Below are positions 38,840 to 48,668 of a DNA stretch of 64,000 nucleotides, in pieces. The notes under the pieces were generated by a model. The model did no database searches. It was not told the DNA's origin and saw only the letters and a program-made list of their open reading frames with translations. Position 1 is the stretch's first letter. Every line of letters begins with the position of its first letter. Source of the DNA: a candidate division FCPU426 bacterium (GTDB lineage Bacteria; Oederibacteriota; Muellerivitia; Muellerivitales; Muellerivitaceae); the NCBI GenBank assembly GCA_963719085.1, contig CAVRAL010000004.1, forward strand, positions 864,001 through 928,000, read 5' to 3'. The position numbers were made by a program, and so were the translations under genes.

Positions 38840-38965
38840 CCGGGCCGACCGTGGCGGGATACGGTTCGCCTTTTTTAACTACTAGAAGGAGGTCTCCTAT
38901 CCCGCCGACCCTCCGGGCCAATCGTAGCGGGATACGTATCACCCTTTTTAACTACTAGAAGGAGG
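38840..38965. repeat. Two ~53-bp direct repeats, each overlapping a TCCCGC...GCGGGA hairpin
   Basis: Both copies end TTTTTAACTACTAGAAGGAGG (38840-38892, 38913-38965). Confidence 0.85.
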
Positions 38966-39030
38966 GCGATACTAATAAAAAAGGCCCCGACGGCATAGTG
39001 CCGCGGGGCCTTGGGGCTTCTTAAAGTTTT

Positions 39031-39672
39031 TTACGGCTTGTTCGGCTGGGGCGTCAAGCGCAGGTAAGGCTTCACGGCCTTATAACCCTTCGGGAAACGC
39101 TCCTTGATTTCTTTCTCGTCCTGCAAGGCCGGCACGATCACTACATCGTCCCCGTCCTTCCAATTCACCGGCGTGGCCACCTTGTAGTTGTCGGTCAATT
39201 GCAGGGAGTCAATCACCCGCAAAATCTCGTTGAAATTGCGGCCCGTGCTGGCCGGGTAGGTGATGGTGGCGCGGATCTTCTTATGGTTGTCGATGATGAA
39301 CACCGACCGCACGGTCACATTGGCCGTGGAGGCCGGGTGCAGCATGTCATAGAGGGTGGCCACCTTTTTGTCCGCGTCGGCAAGAATCGGGAAGTTCACC
39401 GTGGTGCCTTGGGTCTCGTTGATGTCCGGGATCCATTTTTTGTGCGACTCCGCCGTGTCCACCGACAGCGCCAAAACCTTCACGCCGCGCTTGGCGAACT
39501 CATCCTTGAGTTTCGCGGTCGCGCCCAGCTCCGTCGTGCAGACCGGGGTAAAGTCGGCCGGGTGGGAAAACAACACGCCCCAGGAATTGCCCAGCCACTC
39601 GTGAAAGTGGATCGGCCCCTCGCTGGATTCCTGCGTAAAATCGGGAGCCACATCGCCTAATCGTAATGACAT
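39031..39672 (-). CDS. 1-Cys peroxiredoxin (Prx6/LsfA type)
   Basis: FSHPADFTPVCTTELG, TGRNFNEILR.IDSLQL, KPYLR. Confidence 0.95.
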   Translation of the reverse strand: MSLRLGDVAPDFTQESSEGPIHFHEWLGNSWGVLFSHPADFTPVCTTELGATAKLKDEFAKRGVKVLALSVDTAESHKKWIPDINETQGTTVNFPILADADKKVATLYDMLHPASTANVTVRSVFIIDNHKKIRATITYPASTGRNFNEILRVIDSLQLTDNYKVATPVNWKDGDDVVIVPALQDEKEIKERFPKGYKAVKPYLRLTPQPNKP

Positions 39673-39710
39673 AACATCCTCCTGAACTTAAGTTGGTTGA
39701 AAAAATCCCC

Positions 39711-39754
39711 GGTAAAAAGAAAAACCCGCGGGGCTTTTTCAAGCGGCGCGGGTT
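39711..39754 (-). terminator. Terminator-like hairpin in the peroxiredoxin leader
   Basis: Minus strand AACCCGCG...CGCGGGTT then TTTCTTTTT, about 40 nt before the ATG. Confidence 0.55.
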
Positions 39755-39960
39755 CGAAAAGTACAGTTCGGACTCAACCACCGCTTTAGCGCCCTGTTCT
39801 CCCGCCTTAAAAACCAAGGAAGGACGGCCGGGGCAAGTTGGTCGCTTTTCAGTGTCGAAAGCGAGAGGTCCTCTCGAACCCCAAGTTAAAGCCTCGCCGT
39901 GAGAATATTATTAGTACTGTTAGGGTCTTGAAGTCAAGCCCGGCAAAAACCTTCAAACCT

Positions 39961-40077
39961 TTTCACCGCCAAGTTCGCCAAGTTAAACAAAACCCTTTTT
40001 GGGGGTTTAAATCATCCACCCGGGTAGTTTTGAATTCTAAATGCCTCCCTTGGCGAACTTGGCGTCTTGGCGGTAAA
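39961..40077. repeat. Inverted-repeat element, family B
   Basis: TTTCACCGCCAAGTTCGCCAAG...CTTGGCGAACTTGGCGTCTTGGCGGTAAA. Confidence 0.85.
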
Positions 40078-40088
40078 GAGGGTTTGCT

Positions 40089-41834
40089 TCAGATTTGGAT
40101 TATTTTATTCTTGTGGTCCAGATAATCCTTCAGCACGTACTGGGTCAGTTTGTCGGGGGCGGGATAGATGAGCCGGCCCTTGTTGATCCGGTGCATGGCC
40201 TCCAAAAACTCGCCTTCACCGAAATAGCCGCTGTCGTCCTCGTTGCCCATCATGAAGGTATTGATGGTGATGTTCTCATCCGTCACGGCCCTGATTTCTT
40301 TCATCGTGCGCTGGTAGGTGCGCTCATTGGGCGGATAGGTGAGGTACAGATGGGAGCCCTCGTAAAAGGCCGTGGGGGCGCCGTCGGTGATGAGCAGGAT
40401 GCTTTTATTTTTGGTGTCCGAGTTGGCCAGGAGCACCCGGGCCAGCTCCAGCCCTTTTTGTAAATTGGTGAAATGCTCGGGGATCAAATCCCGGCTGCGT
40501 TGGTCCACTTCTTTCGAAAAATCCACCCGCATATTCACCGCGCCGCCCATGAGCGTCACCGGCTTGGGGGCCAGCTCGGGAATCGCGCCGACCTGGATTT
40601 GCTTGGCGAAGGTGGCGAAGGTGACGAAATAAAGTTTGTCCTCGGGGTATTCGTTCCGGATGAGCGCGTCGAGGGCCAGGGCCAACTTTTTGGTGTTATA
40701 AAAACGGCCATAGCGGGCCATGGAGCCGCTTTGGTCGATCAGCATCACGATGGCGGAGGAGGCCGCGCCTTTGGTTTGGTGGACCATAAAATCCCGGCTG
40801 TCCACGCGGATACGGCCCTTGGGCGAGCGGGGATCGCCCAACTGCCGGATCGCGGAGTTTAAAAGGCTGGCCGGAAGGTCGAGCGAGGTCAGCGAGTCCC
40901 CGAACTCATAGGGCTGGGTGGTGGTCATTTCCACATTGCCGTCGCCCTGGTAGGTGGCGTGGTGGCGGCCCACGCCGTCGGTGAAGAGCCGGGAGAAAAT
41001 TTCCTTCAAGGCCTTCTCGCCGATCTTGCGCGCGGCGCCCGGGGTGATCTTATAAATGTCCGTTTCCTCATCGTGGTCCACGTCGCCGGTGGCCTTGAGG
41101 GCCTCGTTGAACTGTTCCCGTAATTCTTCCCGCTTGGCCTCAAAGGCCTGGGCGGCTTCGTCCCCCAGCATTTCCTTGAGCTGTTCCACGTCCATGTTAA
41201 AGAGGTCGCCGTATTCCAGCGCGTCCATCAGCCGGTCTTCCAATTCGTCCAGGGTCTTGAGCTTTTCCTGGAGCTTGCGGGCCTCCGCCGGGGTGACGCT
41301 TTTGTCGCCGGTAAACTCATAATCCTCATACAGGTCCTGGAGGGTCTTGAGCTGCTGCATGAGCTGGGTCAGGGTCTGCAGTTGGCGGCGGATTTCATCC
41401 GCGCCTTTTTGGCCGGAGCGCGAAAGCTGGGAGTCCAGATTGTACAGCGAGGAAGGGTCCCGGCTTTGGAGGCTGTCTTCCAAGCGCTTGGTGAGTTTGG
41501 CGTCCTTGAGTTTTTCCATGAGGCTTTGAAGCTCGGCGGATTTGCGGCGCACATCCTCTTCCAATTTAGAAAGTAAATCGTCCAAGCGGTGGTTTTCCAA
41601 AATCTTTTGGCGGTCGTCGTTGATCTTGTCGAGGAAACCCTGGATCAGCTCATCCAATCCGCCGATCTTGAGGAACTCGTTATAGGGGATGCCTTTTTCC
41701 TGCAGGTGCTTGAGGGCCTCGTCAAAGGACACATGGTATTGCATCATCAGTTCCTTCACGGCGCTGATGAGGTCCTCCACGGTAAAGGGGGGCTTTTCCG
41801 GCTCGTGCCATTCGGAATAATCGTGGGTGATCAT
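40089..41834 (-). CDS. VWA-domain protein (Rv0959-like partner of an AAA ATPase)
   Basis: PYEFGD, MIDAS DQSGS, TNLQKGL, ITDGAPT. Confidence 0.85.
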   Translation of the reverse strand: MITHDYSEWHEPEKPPFTVEDLISAVKELMMQYHVSFDEALKHLQEKGIPYNEFLKIGGLDELIQGFLDKINDDRQKILENHRLDDLLSKLEEDVRRKSAELQSLMEKLKDAKLTKRLEDSLQSRDPSSLYNLDSQLSRSGQKGADEIRRQLQTLTQLMQQLKTLQDLYEDYEFTGDKSVTPAEARKLQEKLKTLDELEDRLMDALEYGDLFNMDVEQLKEMLGDEAAQAFEAKREELREQFNEALKATGDVDHDEETDIYKITPGAARKIGEKALKEIFSRLFTDGVGRHHATYQGDGNVEMTTTQPYEFGDSLTSLDLPASLLNSAIRQLGDPRSPKGRIRVDSRDFMVHQTKGAASSAIVMLIDQSGSMARYGRFYNTKKLALALDALIRNEYPEDKLYFVTFATFAKQIQVGAIPELAPKPVTLMGGAVNMRVDFSKEVDQRSRDLIPEHFTNLQKGLELARVLLANSDTKNKSILLITDGAPTAFYEGSHLYLTYPPNERTYQRTMKEIRAVTDENITINTFMMGNEDDSGYFGEGEFLEAMHRINKGRLIYPAPDKLTQYVLKDYLDHKNKIIQI

Positions 41835-41866
41835 AAAAACCTCTCTTTAAAAACCTAAAAAAACCA

Positions 41867-41985
41867 AACCAAAACCAACCGCTCACGCAAAGACGCTAAG
41901 ACGCCAAGGAAGGCAAAACAAAGTCTGATTTTCTTGTTTCTAAAATCCTTCCTTTGCGTCTTGGCGTGTGCCTTTTTTATTGGTT
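41867..41985. repeat. Family A inverted-repeat element, copy 3 (reverse orientation)
   Basis: AACCAAAACCAACCGCTCACGCAAAGACGCTAAGACGCCAAG...CTTTGCGTCTTGGCGTG. Confidence 0.85.
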
Positions 41986-41990
41986 AATGT

Positions 41991-43418
41991 TTAGTCTTTT
42001 TTTCGTTTGGGCGCGCCGGCGAGCTGGTAATCGAAAATCTCGCCCACCTTGCTTCGGGATAGCTTGCCGGACAGGTGCAGGCCTTCCAATACGAATTCCA
42101 CGCAGGAAGCCTGGTACACTTCCGAGTTTTTGCCGGTCAGGTGATGCACAGGCTCCCAAATTTGGGGAAGCTGGGAAATGACATCCTTGTATTGGCCCGC
42201 GGGAGTTAGCTCCGAAACCCGGATATGTTTTTCGGCGGTGATCTCGGGGGCCGGGATTTCCAGGTGTTCTTTTTCCATTTGTTCCTTAAAGACCTGGGCG
42301 ATGGCCTTGTCCATGATCTTGCCGAAGACCTGGAACTCGGTGACGGTTTCCTCACGGAAAGGATCGAGGTCAATCTTGCCCGAGGACGAGGTGTAAAGGT
42401 AATTGAGGTCCGACATGCGGGGCACGGCTTCCGGCTCGCCCAGCAAATAGGCCCGGCGCCTGGCGTTGGCGATCATGGTCTCGTAGTTGGCGATCGAAAG
42501 CCGGGCCGACACGCCCGATTTTTGGTTCACGTAGGGGCTCTTGCGGGCCTCGATGGTGATCTGCTCGATGATCTCGGTCATGAAGTCGGGGATCGTGAGC
42601 TTCACGTCGTCCTTCAAGGGAACGGTGGCTTCCTGCAAAATGATCTGGATGCCCAATTCCCGGGTTAAGGGATAATGGGTCCTAATCTCGGCGCCGATGC
42701 GGTCCTTGAGCTGGGTGATGATCTTGCCCGCGCGGGTGTATTCCTCGGGGTTGGCCGTGAACAAAAGCAGGATGTCCAGGTTGAAACGGATGGGAAAGCC
42801 CCGCACCTGGATGTCGCGCTCTTCCAAAATATTAAACAAGGCCACCTGCACCAAATATTCCAGGTCGGGCAATTCGTTGACGGCGAAGATGCCGCGGTTC
42901 ATGCGGGGGATGAGGCCGAAGTGGATGGCTTCCTCGCTGGCCAGCGGGTTTCCGGCGGCCACCTTGGCCGGGTCCAGGTCGCCGATGATGTCGGCGATCT
43001 TGGTGCCGGGCGAAAGACGCTCGCCATAGCGCGCGTCGCGGCCGATCCATTCCAGGGGAAGCGCGTCGCCTTCTTGGGCCAGTTTTTTCAGGCAGGCGCC
43101 GCAGATGGGGTGATAGGGATGGTCATGGATCTCACAACCCTTCACCACGGGAATTTCCTCATCCAAAAACTGCACGATCGAGCGCATGAGCCGGCTCTTG
43201 GCCTGGCCCTTCTCCCCCAAGAGTACGATGTCATGGTGGGACAAAAGCGCGTTGGTGAGCTGGGGGATGACTGTTTCCTCAAAGCCGTGGACTTTTGAGA
43301 AAAGCGGCTCCCCGGTCTTCAGCTTTTTCAGCAGGTTCTTTTCCAGCTCCTGTTTGACCGTCAGGTCGGCGTAGCCGGAGGCTTTGAGTTCACCGAGGGT
43401 CATGGGTTTGGCGGACAT
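41991..43418 (-). CDS. Mg-chelatase-like AAA+ ATPase (Rv0958-like)
   Basis: TLGELKASGY, GEKGQAKS, FAVNELPDL, ANPEEYT..GKIITQLKDR, SGVSARL. Confidence 0.88.
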   Translation of the reverse strand: MSAKPMTLGELKASGYADLTVKQELEKNLLKKLKTGEPLFSKVHGFEETVIPQLTNALLSHHDIVLLGEKGQAKSRLMRSIVQFLDEEIPVVKGCEIHDHPYHPICGACLKKLAQEGDALPLEWIGRDARYGERLSPGTKIADIIGDLDPAKVAAGNPLASEEAIHFGLIPRMNRGIFAVNELPDLEYLVQVALFNILEERDIQVRGFPIRFNLDILLLFTANPEEYTRAGKIITQLKDRIGAEIRTHYPLTRELGIQIILQEATVPLKDDVKLTIPDFMTEIIEQITIEARKSPYVNQKSGVSARLSIANYETMIANARRRAYLLGEPEAVPRMSDLNYLYTSSSGKIDLDPFREETVTEFQVFGKIMDKAIAQVFKEQMEKEHLEIPAPEITAEKHIRVSELTPAGQYKDVISQLPQIWEPVHHLTGKNSEVYQASCVEFVLEGLHLSGKLSRSKVGEIFDYQLAGAPKRKKD

Positions 43419-43531
43419 GGGAAATCCTTCTTAAGGAATGAAGTGTAAGGTTTCAATCTTACGGCTGAGGCACAGGCGGATGCAAGGGGAGGGGGTTTTA
43501 GAACGCATTTCAAAAGCCTAAAAACAAGATA

Positions 43532-43630
43532 ATTTTCACCACCAAGGCGCCAAGACACCAAGAAAGAATTTTTCGGTTAAACAAAAGGTTCTTGATGCTT
43601 TGCCTTCCTTGGCGTCTTGGTGATGAAATT
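43532..43630. repeat. Family B inverted-repeat element
   Basis: TTTCACCACCAAGGCGCCAAGACACCAAG...CTTGGCGTCTTGGTGATGAAA. Confidence 0.85.
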
Positions 43631-43654
43631 GGGTTTGCTGATTCAGGGTTCTTT

Positions 43655-45559
43655 TCAACGGGACTCCTGCCCCAAATTCCAATAAACCCAGCCGATCCGC
43701 TCCAGGGAAGGATGGGCGTTGGAAGGGCAATCGTCCCAATGGCGGGCTCGAAGCAGGGCGAAGGGAAGGCGTCTGGGTTTCTCCGCCAAGGGCTCGCCCA
43801 ACCACAAGGCGGCGCCCGAGGGCTTGGCTAAAAGGGCCGGATGCGCTTGCCAGTAATAACGGTGAAAGGCCCCGGGCAGGTAAGAAAAGACCAGCACATT
43901 TTTATCCCGGTTTTTCACCACGATTTCCGAGAGCGAATAAATGATCCGGGCGAAGTGGTCGGGAAAATCAACCGAAGAGGCGGTGAGGCCAAGCTCGGGG
44001 TGGGAGTCCTCCAGCTCCGTGACGCCCCAGGTCTCAAAAAGGGTGAAGGGTGGAATCACCCGCACATCGGGCCTTTGGCCCTCAACGACCTGGAAATAAT
44101 CCAGCGGGAAATAATCCTCGTCGCCTTCAGCGAAAAAGACGGCGTTTCGGGGAGCGGATTTTAAAAGGTTCTCGCCGTAATCATAGCGGAGCATTTGGTT
44201 TTTCTCGTCGCTCATGGAGAAGTTGGAAACCACTTGGCTCATGGGCAAGGCCGCCACCAGCAGGGCCCAAAGGATTTTAGGCAGCGGGCTCGCGGCGCGC
44301 CTCGAGCCGTAATCAGCCAGCTTCCAAAGGCCGACTCCCGCCAAAAGGGCCAACATCCAGTTGGTGGGCAAAAGAAAATTGTCCATAAACCATCGGCTGT
44401 TGAGATAGGGGGGAATTAACAACGAGGTATAAAAAGGAAAAAGCAGGGTGGCGCAGGAGACCAAAATAAATAAAAGCGAACGGCGGGCCACGCCCGTCTG
44501 GAGCCAAAACCAAAGGCCGCCCAGGGCGAAACTCAGGCCGCCGATCTTCAGATCCACCCAAAGATGGACCGGGATCTGGGCGTTTTGGATTTGGGTCATC
44601 TGCTCCCAGGTATGGCTGACCCTGGCCCAAGGGAAGTGGCCGGCGACGGCCGCGAGGATTTGTTTGGTCAAATCGGGCGCCTGGCCCGCCACATAAGCGC
44701 GGCGGACCGCCAGCTTAAAATAATCCCAGTTTTCCGGGTCCCCCAAATTCAATACCGGATGGAAATGGGCCCGCAAGGGAAGATAAAGGCCGATCACCGA
44801 GAGGCCGAGCAAGGTAAAGCTGGAAAATTGAAAAGTTTTTTTAAGCCAAAGCCCGGGCGCGGGCCGAGGAGCCTTGCCCGGCCGCAGGATAAGAAAAAGA
44901 ATCAGCGCCGGGATAAAAAGAATTTGGATTTCCCAATAATGGGACAATCCGATCCCCGTCAGGAAAAAGGCCAGGGCCGCCCAGCGCTTTGCGCTTGGCT
45001 TGCCGGCGTCCCGCGGATCCAGCCGAAGCAGGCAATAGAGGATGCCCAAGAGCAAAACCATCTCGAAAAGGTAAAGGCCGCCTTTGGCGCTGAGCGCTTT
45101 TTCCCAATAAGTTTTAGAAAAGGCCAGGAGCAGGGAAGCGCTGAGGACGCAAATCCAGCCGGTCTTTGAAAAGGGCGGGGCCTTGGGGCGTCCGGGCTGT
45201 CTCCCGGGGCGCTGGGCCAATGCCGATAAAACCAAACGCGAACTCAACGCGAATAAAACCACGCCCAAAGCCGCCAGCGCGGCCGACCCCGCGTTGACCC
45301 GGAAACAAGGGCCGCCGAGCGCGAGAAAACCGGCTAAATGATTCAAAAGGGCGGCCAGCGGGTAGCAGGGTGGATGGGCGAGGCCTAAGCTAAAACCGGC
45401 CAGGATGCTTTCGGGCGAATCGTCGTCCATAAAGGAAGGGCAGAGGGTGAAAAGGTAAACGCCGAAAACCAAAAGAAACAGGCCGGCGAAAATCAGCCTG
45501 TCGGTGGAACCCGAAAGGGGCTTGGCGTCAGCCGGAGATAACCGGGTTTTCGAAGGCAA
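43655..45559 (-). CDS. DUF2723 / TMEM260-like putative protein O-glycosyltransferase
   Basis: YLFTLCPS..DDSPE..LGLAHPPCYPL, YLPLRA..LNLGDP, GDEDYFPL.Y.Q.VEGQRPDV. Confidence 0.8.
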   Translation of the reverse strand: MPSKTRLSPADAKPLSGSTDRLIFAGLFLLVFGVYLFTLCPSFMDDDSPESILAGFSLGLAHPPCYPLAALLNHLAGFLALGGPCFRVNAGSAALAALGVVLFALSSRLVLSALAQRPGRQPGRPKAPPFSKTGWICVLSASLLLAFSKTYWEKALSAKGGLYLFEMVLLLGILYCLLRLDPRDAGKPSAKRWAALAFFLTGIGLSHYWEIQILFIPALILFLILRPGKAPRPAPGLWLKKTFQFSSFTLLGLSVIGLYLPLRAHFHPVLNLGDPENWDYFKLAVRRAYVAGQAPDLTKQILAAVAGHFPWARVSHTWEQMTQIQNAQIPVHLWVDLKIGGLSFALGGLWFWLQTGVARRSLLFILVSCATLLFPFYTSLLIPPYLNSRWFMDNFLLPTNWMLALLAGVGLWKLADYGSRRAASPLPKILWALLVAALPMSQVVSNFSMSDEKNQMLRYDYGENLLKSAPRNAVFFAEGDEDYFPLDYFQVVEGQRPDVRVIPPFTLFETWGVTELEDSHPELGLTASSVDFPDHFARIIYSLSEIVVKNRDKNVLVFSYLPGAFHRYYWQAHPALLAKPSGAALWLGEPLAEKPRRLPFALLRARHWDDCPSNAHPSLERIGWVYWNLGQESR

Positions 45560-45735
45560 TGGGCGCTCCCCTGGAAGTTCCTAACGGGAAAGCCTTATTA
45601 TCCTCGGGAGGGCGCTGAAGGGCCAAGGTTAATTTAACCCGCCTCAAATTTTGAATAAAAATTTATTTTTCGGCTAGAATGAAACCTCAACATTCCCTTT
45701 CACCGAATCCCTGAACCTAAAATAAGGAAGTCCGC

Positions 45736-47343
45736 ATGTCAGCCATCCTGGGTAACTCACTGCCGCGCTTTTTGTCCGTCGAGCCCAAGGTGACCCTGGT
45801 CAATACCTTCACCAAGCCTTTCGACAACGCGGTGGCCACGGCCCGCACCTGTTATTCCAGCAAGGGCATCGTGACCAGCGAGCAGGTTTACGGCGAGGGG
45901 TTGGATGAGGGGAAGCAGGCCGAGCGCCGCCAAAGGCGCGATGACCTGGCCCGGTCCATCTACAAGGCGGGGCACCACACCACGCTCCAGCACGCGCATT
46001 TCCAATTCGCGCTGGAAAATGTTTCCCGCCAGTTCATCTGGAGCTTTTTACACAGCCATCCCTTTTATAACTCCGAGCAGGTGTCCCAACGCTATGTCAC
46101 CGTGGCGCCCGACCAAGTGGCCCGGCCGCCCTTGACGGGAGAGGCTTCGGCGATTTACGACGAGGCGGTGGCTTTCCAGACCGCGTCCTACCAGGGTTTC
46201 TCGGAAAAACTGAAGGGCTTGGTGGGAAGCGAATATTCCAAGCGCTTTAAGAACATCGACCTGAAAGATAAAAAAGGCGCCACCGCGGTCCAAAAAAAAT
46301 CCCAGGAAGTGGCCCGCTATATCCTGCCGGTGGCCACCTTCGCTTATCTATACCACACCATCTCGGGGCTGACGCTGCTTCGCTACTGGCGCCTTTGCCA
46401 AACCTTTGACGCGCCTTTGGAACAGAGGATCGTGGTGGAAAAAATGGTGCGGGCGGTTTTGGAACAGTCGCCCGAGTACGAGGCGATCCTGGAACAGCCG
46501 ATGGATTTCGAGTCCACCCCGGAGTCCCAAATGTATGAAAGTTTCCACGCGACCCACGCCACCCATAAGGCCTTCCGGGACGAGTTTGACGCCTCGCTGG
46601 AAGGGCGCGTGTCCAAGCTCGTGGATTATTCCAAGAACGGCGAGCGGATGCTGGCCCACGCGGTGCGGGAAGTATTCGGCCTGCCGACTTCCGCCTTGTC
46701 CGATGACGAGGCCATTGAGCTGGCCTTGAACCCGGGCAAAAACAAATATCTGGGGGAGACTTTAAACGTCTCCACGCACAGCAAATTATCCCGGGCGCTG
46801 TTTCATCCCCATTACACCTTCCGCAAAAAAATCTCCCACGCGGGCGATTCCCAGGACCAGCGGCACCGCATGACGCCGGCGTCCCGGCCGATTTTGCACG
46901 CGCTGACCCTGGATGAGCCCGATTACGTGGTGCCCGTTTTGATCCAGCAGGACCCGGCTTTGGAGAAGGAATTCGCCTCGATGATGGAACGCACTTGGGA
47001 CTCGATCGCCAAACTTAGGAAATTGGGAGTCAGCGGGGAGTCGGCGGCTTATCTTTTGCCCAACGCGGTGGCGGTGCGCTTTACCGAGTCGGCGGACCTT
47101 TTAAACCTGCACCACAAGCACGCCATGCGGCTTTGCTATAACGCCCAGGAAGAAATCTGGAAGGCCTCGGTGGATGAGGCCCAGCAGGTGCGCGAAGCCC
47201 AGCCCCGCATCGGTAAATGGCTGCTGCCCCCTTGCGGTCTCCGGAGCCACGCCGGGACGCTGCCGAAGTGCCCGGAGGGCGAGCGCTTTTGCGGCGTGGT
47301 GGTGTGGAAAAAGGATTTGAACGACTACACGCGGGTCATCTAA
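45736..47343 (+). CDS. FAD-dependent thymidylate synthase-like protein with two ThyX-like domains
   Basis: GHHTTLQHAHF..VSR..SQRY, ARYILP, QDQRHR, AYLLPNA, RLCYNAQEEI. Confidence 0.8.
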   Translation: MSAILGNSLPRFLSVEPKVTLVNTFTKPFDNAVATARTCYSSKGIVTSEQVYGEGLDEGKQAERRQRRDDLARSIYKAGHHTTLQHAHFQFALENVSRQFIWSFLHSHPFYNSEQVSQRYVTVAPDQVARPPLTGEASAIYDEAVAFQTASYQGFSEKLKGLVGSEYSKRFKNIDLKDKKGATAVQKKSQEVARYILPVATFAYLYHTISGLTLLRYWRLCQTFDAPLEQRIVVEKMVRAVLEQSPEYEAILEQPMDFESTPESQMYESFHATHATHKAFRDEFDASLEGRVSKLVDYSKNGERMLAHAVREVFGLPTSALSDDEAIELALNPGKNKYLGETLNVSTHSKLSRALFHPHYTFRKKISHAGDSQDQRHRMTPASRPILHALTLDEPDYVVPVLIQQDPALEKEFASMMERTWDSIAKLRKLGVSGESAAYLLPNAVAVRFTESADLLNLHHKHAMRLCYNAQEEIWKASVDEAQQVREAQPRIGKWLLPPCGLRSHAGTLPKCPEGERFCGVVVWKKDLNDYTRVI

Positions 47344-47355
47344 GACAAGCACATT

Positions 47356-47486
47356 TTTACCGCCAAGACGCCAAGTGAGGCAAACCGAAAGAATTAATTT
47401 CTGGGAGATTTTTCTCGGGTTTATTGAAAGATTGATCAAAGAGTTTATGAGATTTACTTGGCGAACTTGGCGTCTTGGCGGTGAAA
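47356..47486. repeat. Family B inverted-repeat element
   Basis: TTTACCGCCAAGACGCCAAG...CTTGGCGAACTTGGCGTCTTGGCGGTGAAA. Confidence 0.85.
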
Positions 47487-47489
47487 GGG

Positions 47490-48668
47490 TTAGGCCTTTA
47501 TCTTTCGCGAGTCCCACAACCCCAACAAGACCCCGCCGACCAGGGCTCCCGCGCTGAGGCCGAACAATAAGTGGTAAGAACCCACGCGGTCAAAAAGGTA
47601 GGAATAGCCATAGGCCACCAAGGCCTGGGTGAGCGAGAATGCCGCCGTCATCCAGCCCCAAACTTCACGTTGTCCGGTAAGCCCCGCCAATTGTCCGGCC
47701 CGTCCCAATACTAACGACACGATGCTCATGGCCAATATCCCGACGGTGATGACCGAAGCCGCCAGCGCCAGCGGGTTTTGTAAAAAGATCGCCAACAGGT
47801 TCGCCGCCGCCATGCCGGCGAGGCTGATGAGAATCCCGTTTTGAAAACCAAACTTAGGCCCCAGCCAAGACCCCACAAAAGGCCCGACCAAAGATCCGAA
47901 TCCGAACAACAGCCAATTGAACGAAGCGGCGCCCATGGAAAGCCCCAAGCCCCGGACCAGGTAATCGACCCAAAAAACCGTACAAGGCACCAAGCCGGTC
48001 GCGCTGGCGCAATAAAGGAAAAGCAACACCCAAAGGGGACGGCTCATGCGGGCCGCCGCCTCGCCGGACTCCGTCAAGGTCAATAAGGAAACCGGAGGCG
48101 GCCACACGCGCCAAAAGGCGAAGGTCAAGACGAGCGACAAGCCGCCCAATCCCAGCCAGGCTCCGGTCAACCCTTTATGAAGTAAAAAGGGAAGGGCGGT
48201 GGCGGAAAAAATAATCCCCAATCCCAGCCCCGTGAAGATGAGGCCCCGAAGGCGGTGCCGAAAAGATTCGGGCGACTGGGCTAGAAGTGTGGGCGCGGCC
48301 AGGATCATCAGAAACGCGCCGACCACGCCGACAATGAAGCGCCAAAAAGCGAACCATAGAAAGGGCCCGGGCCGGGCGCAAAGTAAAAATCCGGCGGAAG
48401 CCGTCAGCATGGAAAGGCGGATGAGCCAGGGCACGGAAAAGCGCCGGGCCAAGGGGCCGGCGGCCAGCGACCCGACCAAGTAACCCACTAAATTCGAGGC
48501 GCCTAAATAATCAGCCTGGGCCACAGGGAACCAATGTGCCTGAACCAAGGCGGGAATGAACTGGGCGAAAGAAAAACGGCCGAAGCCCACCCCCACCCAA
48601 ATGGCGGAAAGCCCGGCGAGACCAAAAAGCCAGGGGAAGCTGTTTTTTTCAGGGGCGGTGGGGGACAT
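47490..48668 (-). CDS. MFS transporter, YbfB/YjiJ family
   Basis: GVGFGRFSF..IP, LGASNLVGYLVG, FTGLGLGI; about 12 TM. Confidence 0.85.
   Translation of the reverse strand: MSPTAPEKNSFPWLFGLAGLSAIWVGVGFGRFSFAQFIPALVQAHWFPVAQADYLGASNLVGYLVGSLAAGPLARRFSVPWLIRLSMLTASAGFLLCARPGPFLWFAFWRFIVGVVGAFLMILAAPTLLAQSPESFRHRLRGLIFTGLGLGIIFSATALPFLLHKGLTGAWLGLGGLSLVLTFAFWRVWPPPVSLLTLTESGEAAARMSRPLWVLLFLYCASATGLVPCTVFWVDYLVRGLGLSMGAASFNWLLFGFGSLVGPFVGSWLGPKFGFQNGILISLAGMAAANLLAIFLQNPLALAASVITVGILAMSIVSLVLGRAGQLAGLTGQREVWGWMTAAFSLTQALVAYGYSYLFDRVGSYHLLFGLSAGALVGGVLLGLWDSRKIKA

Noticed and set aside
38840..38965. Mini CRISPR array
   Set aside because: Only two units and the intervening sequences are homologous to each other
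41991..43418. Chlorophyll or cobalamin chelatase
   Set aside because: No large chelatase subunit nearby; fits the generic Rv0958/Rv0959-like AAA-VWA pair
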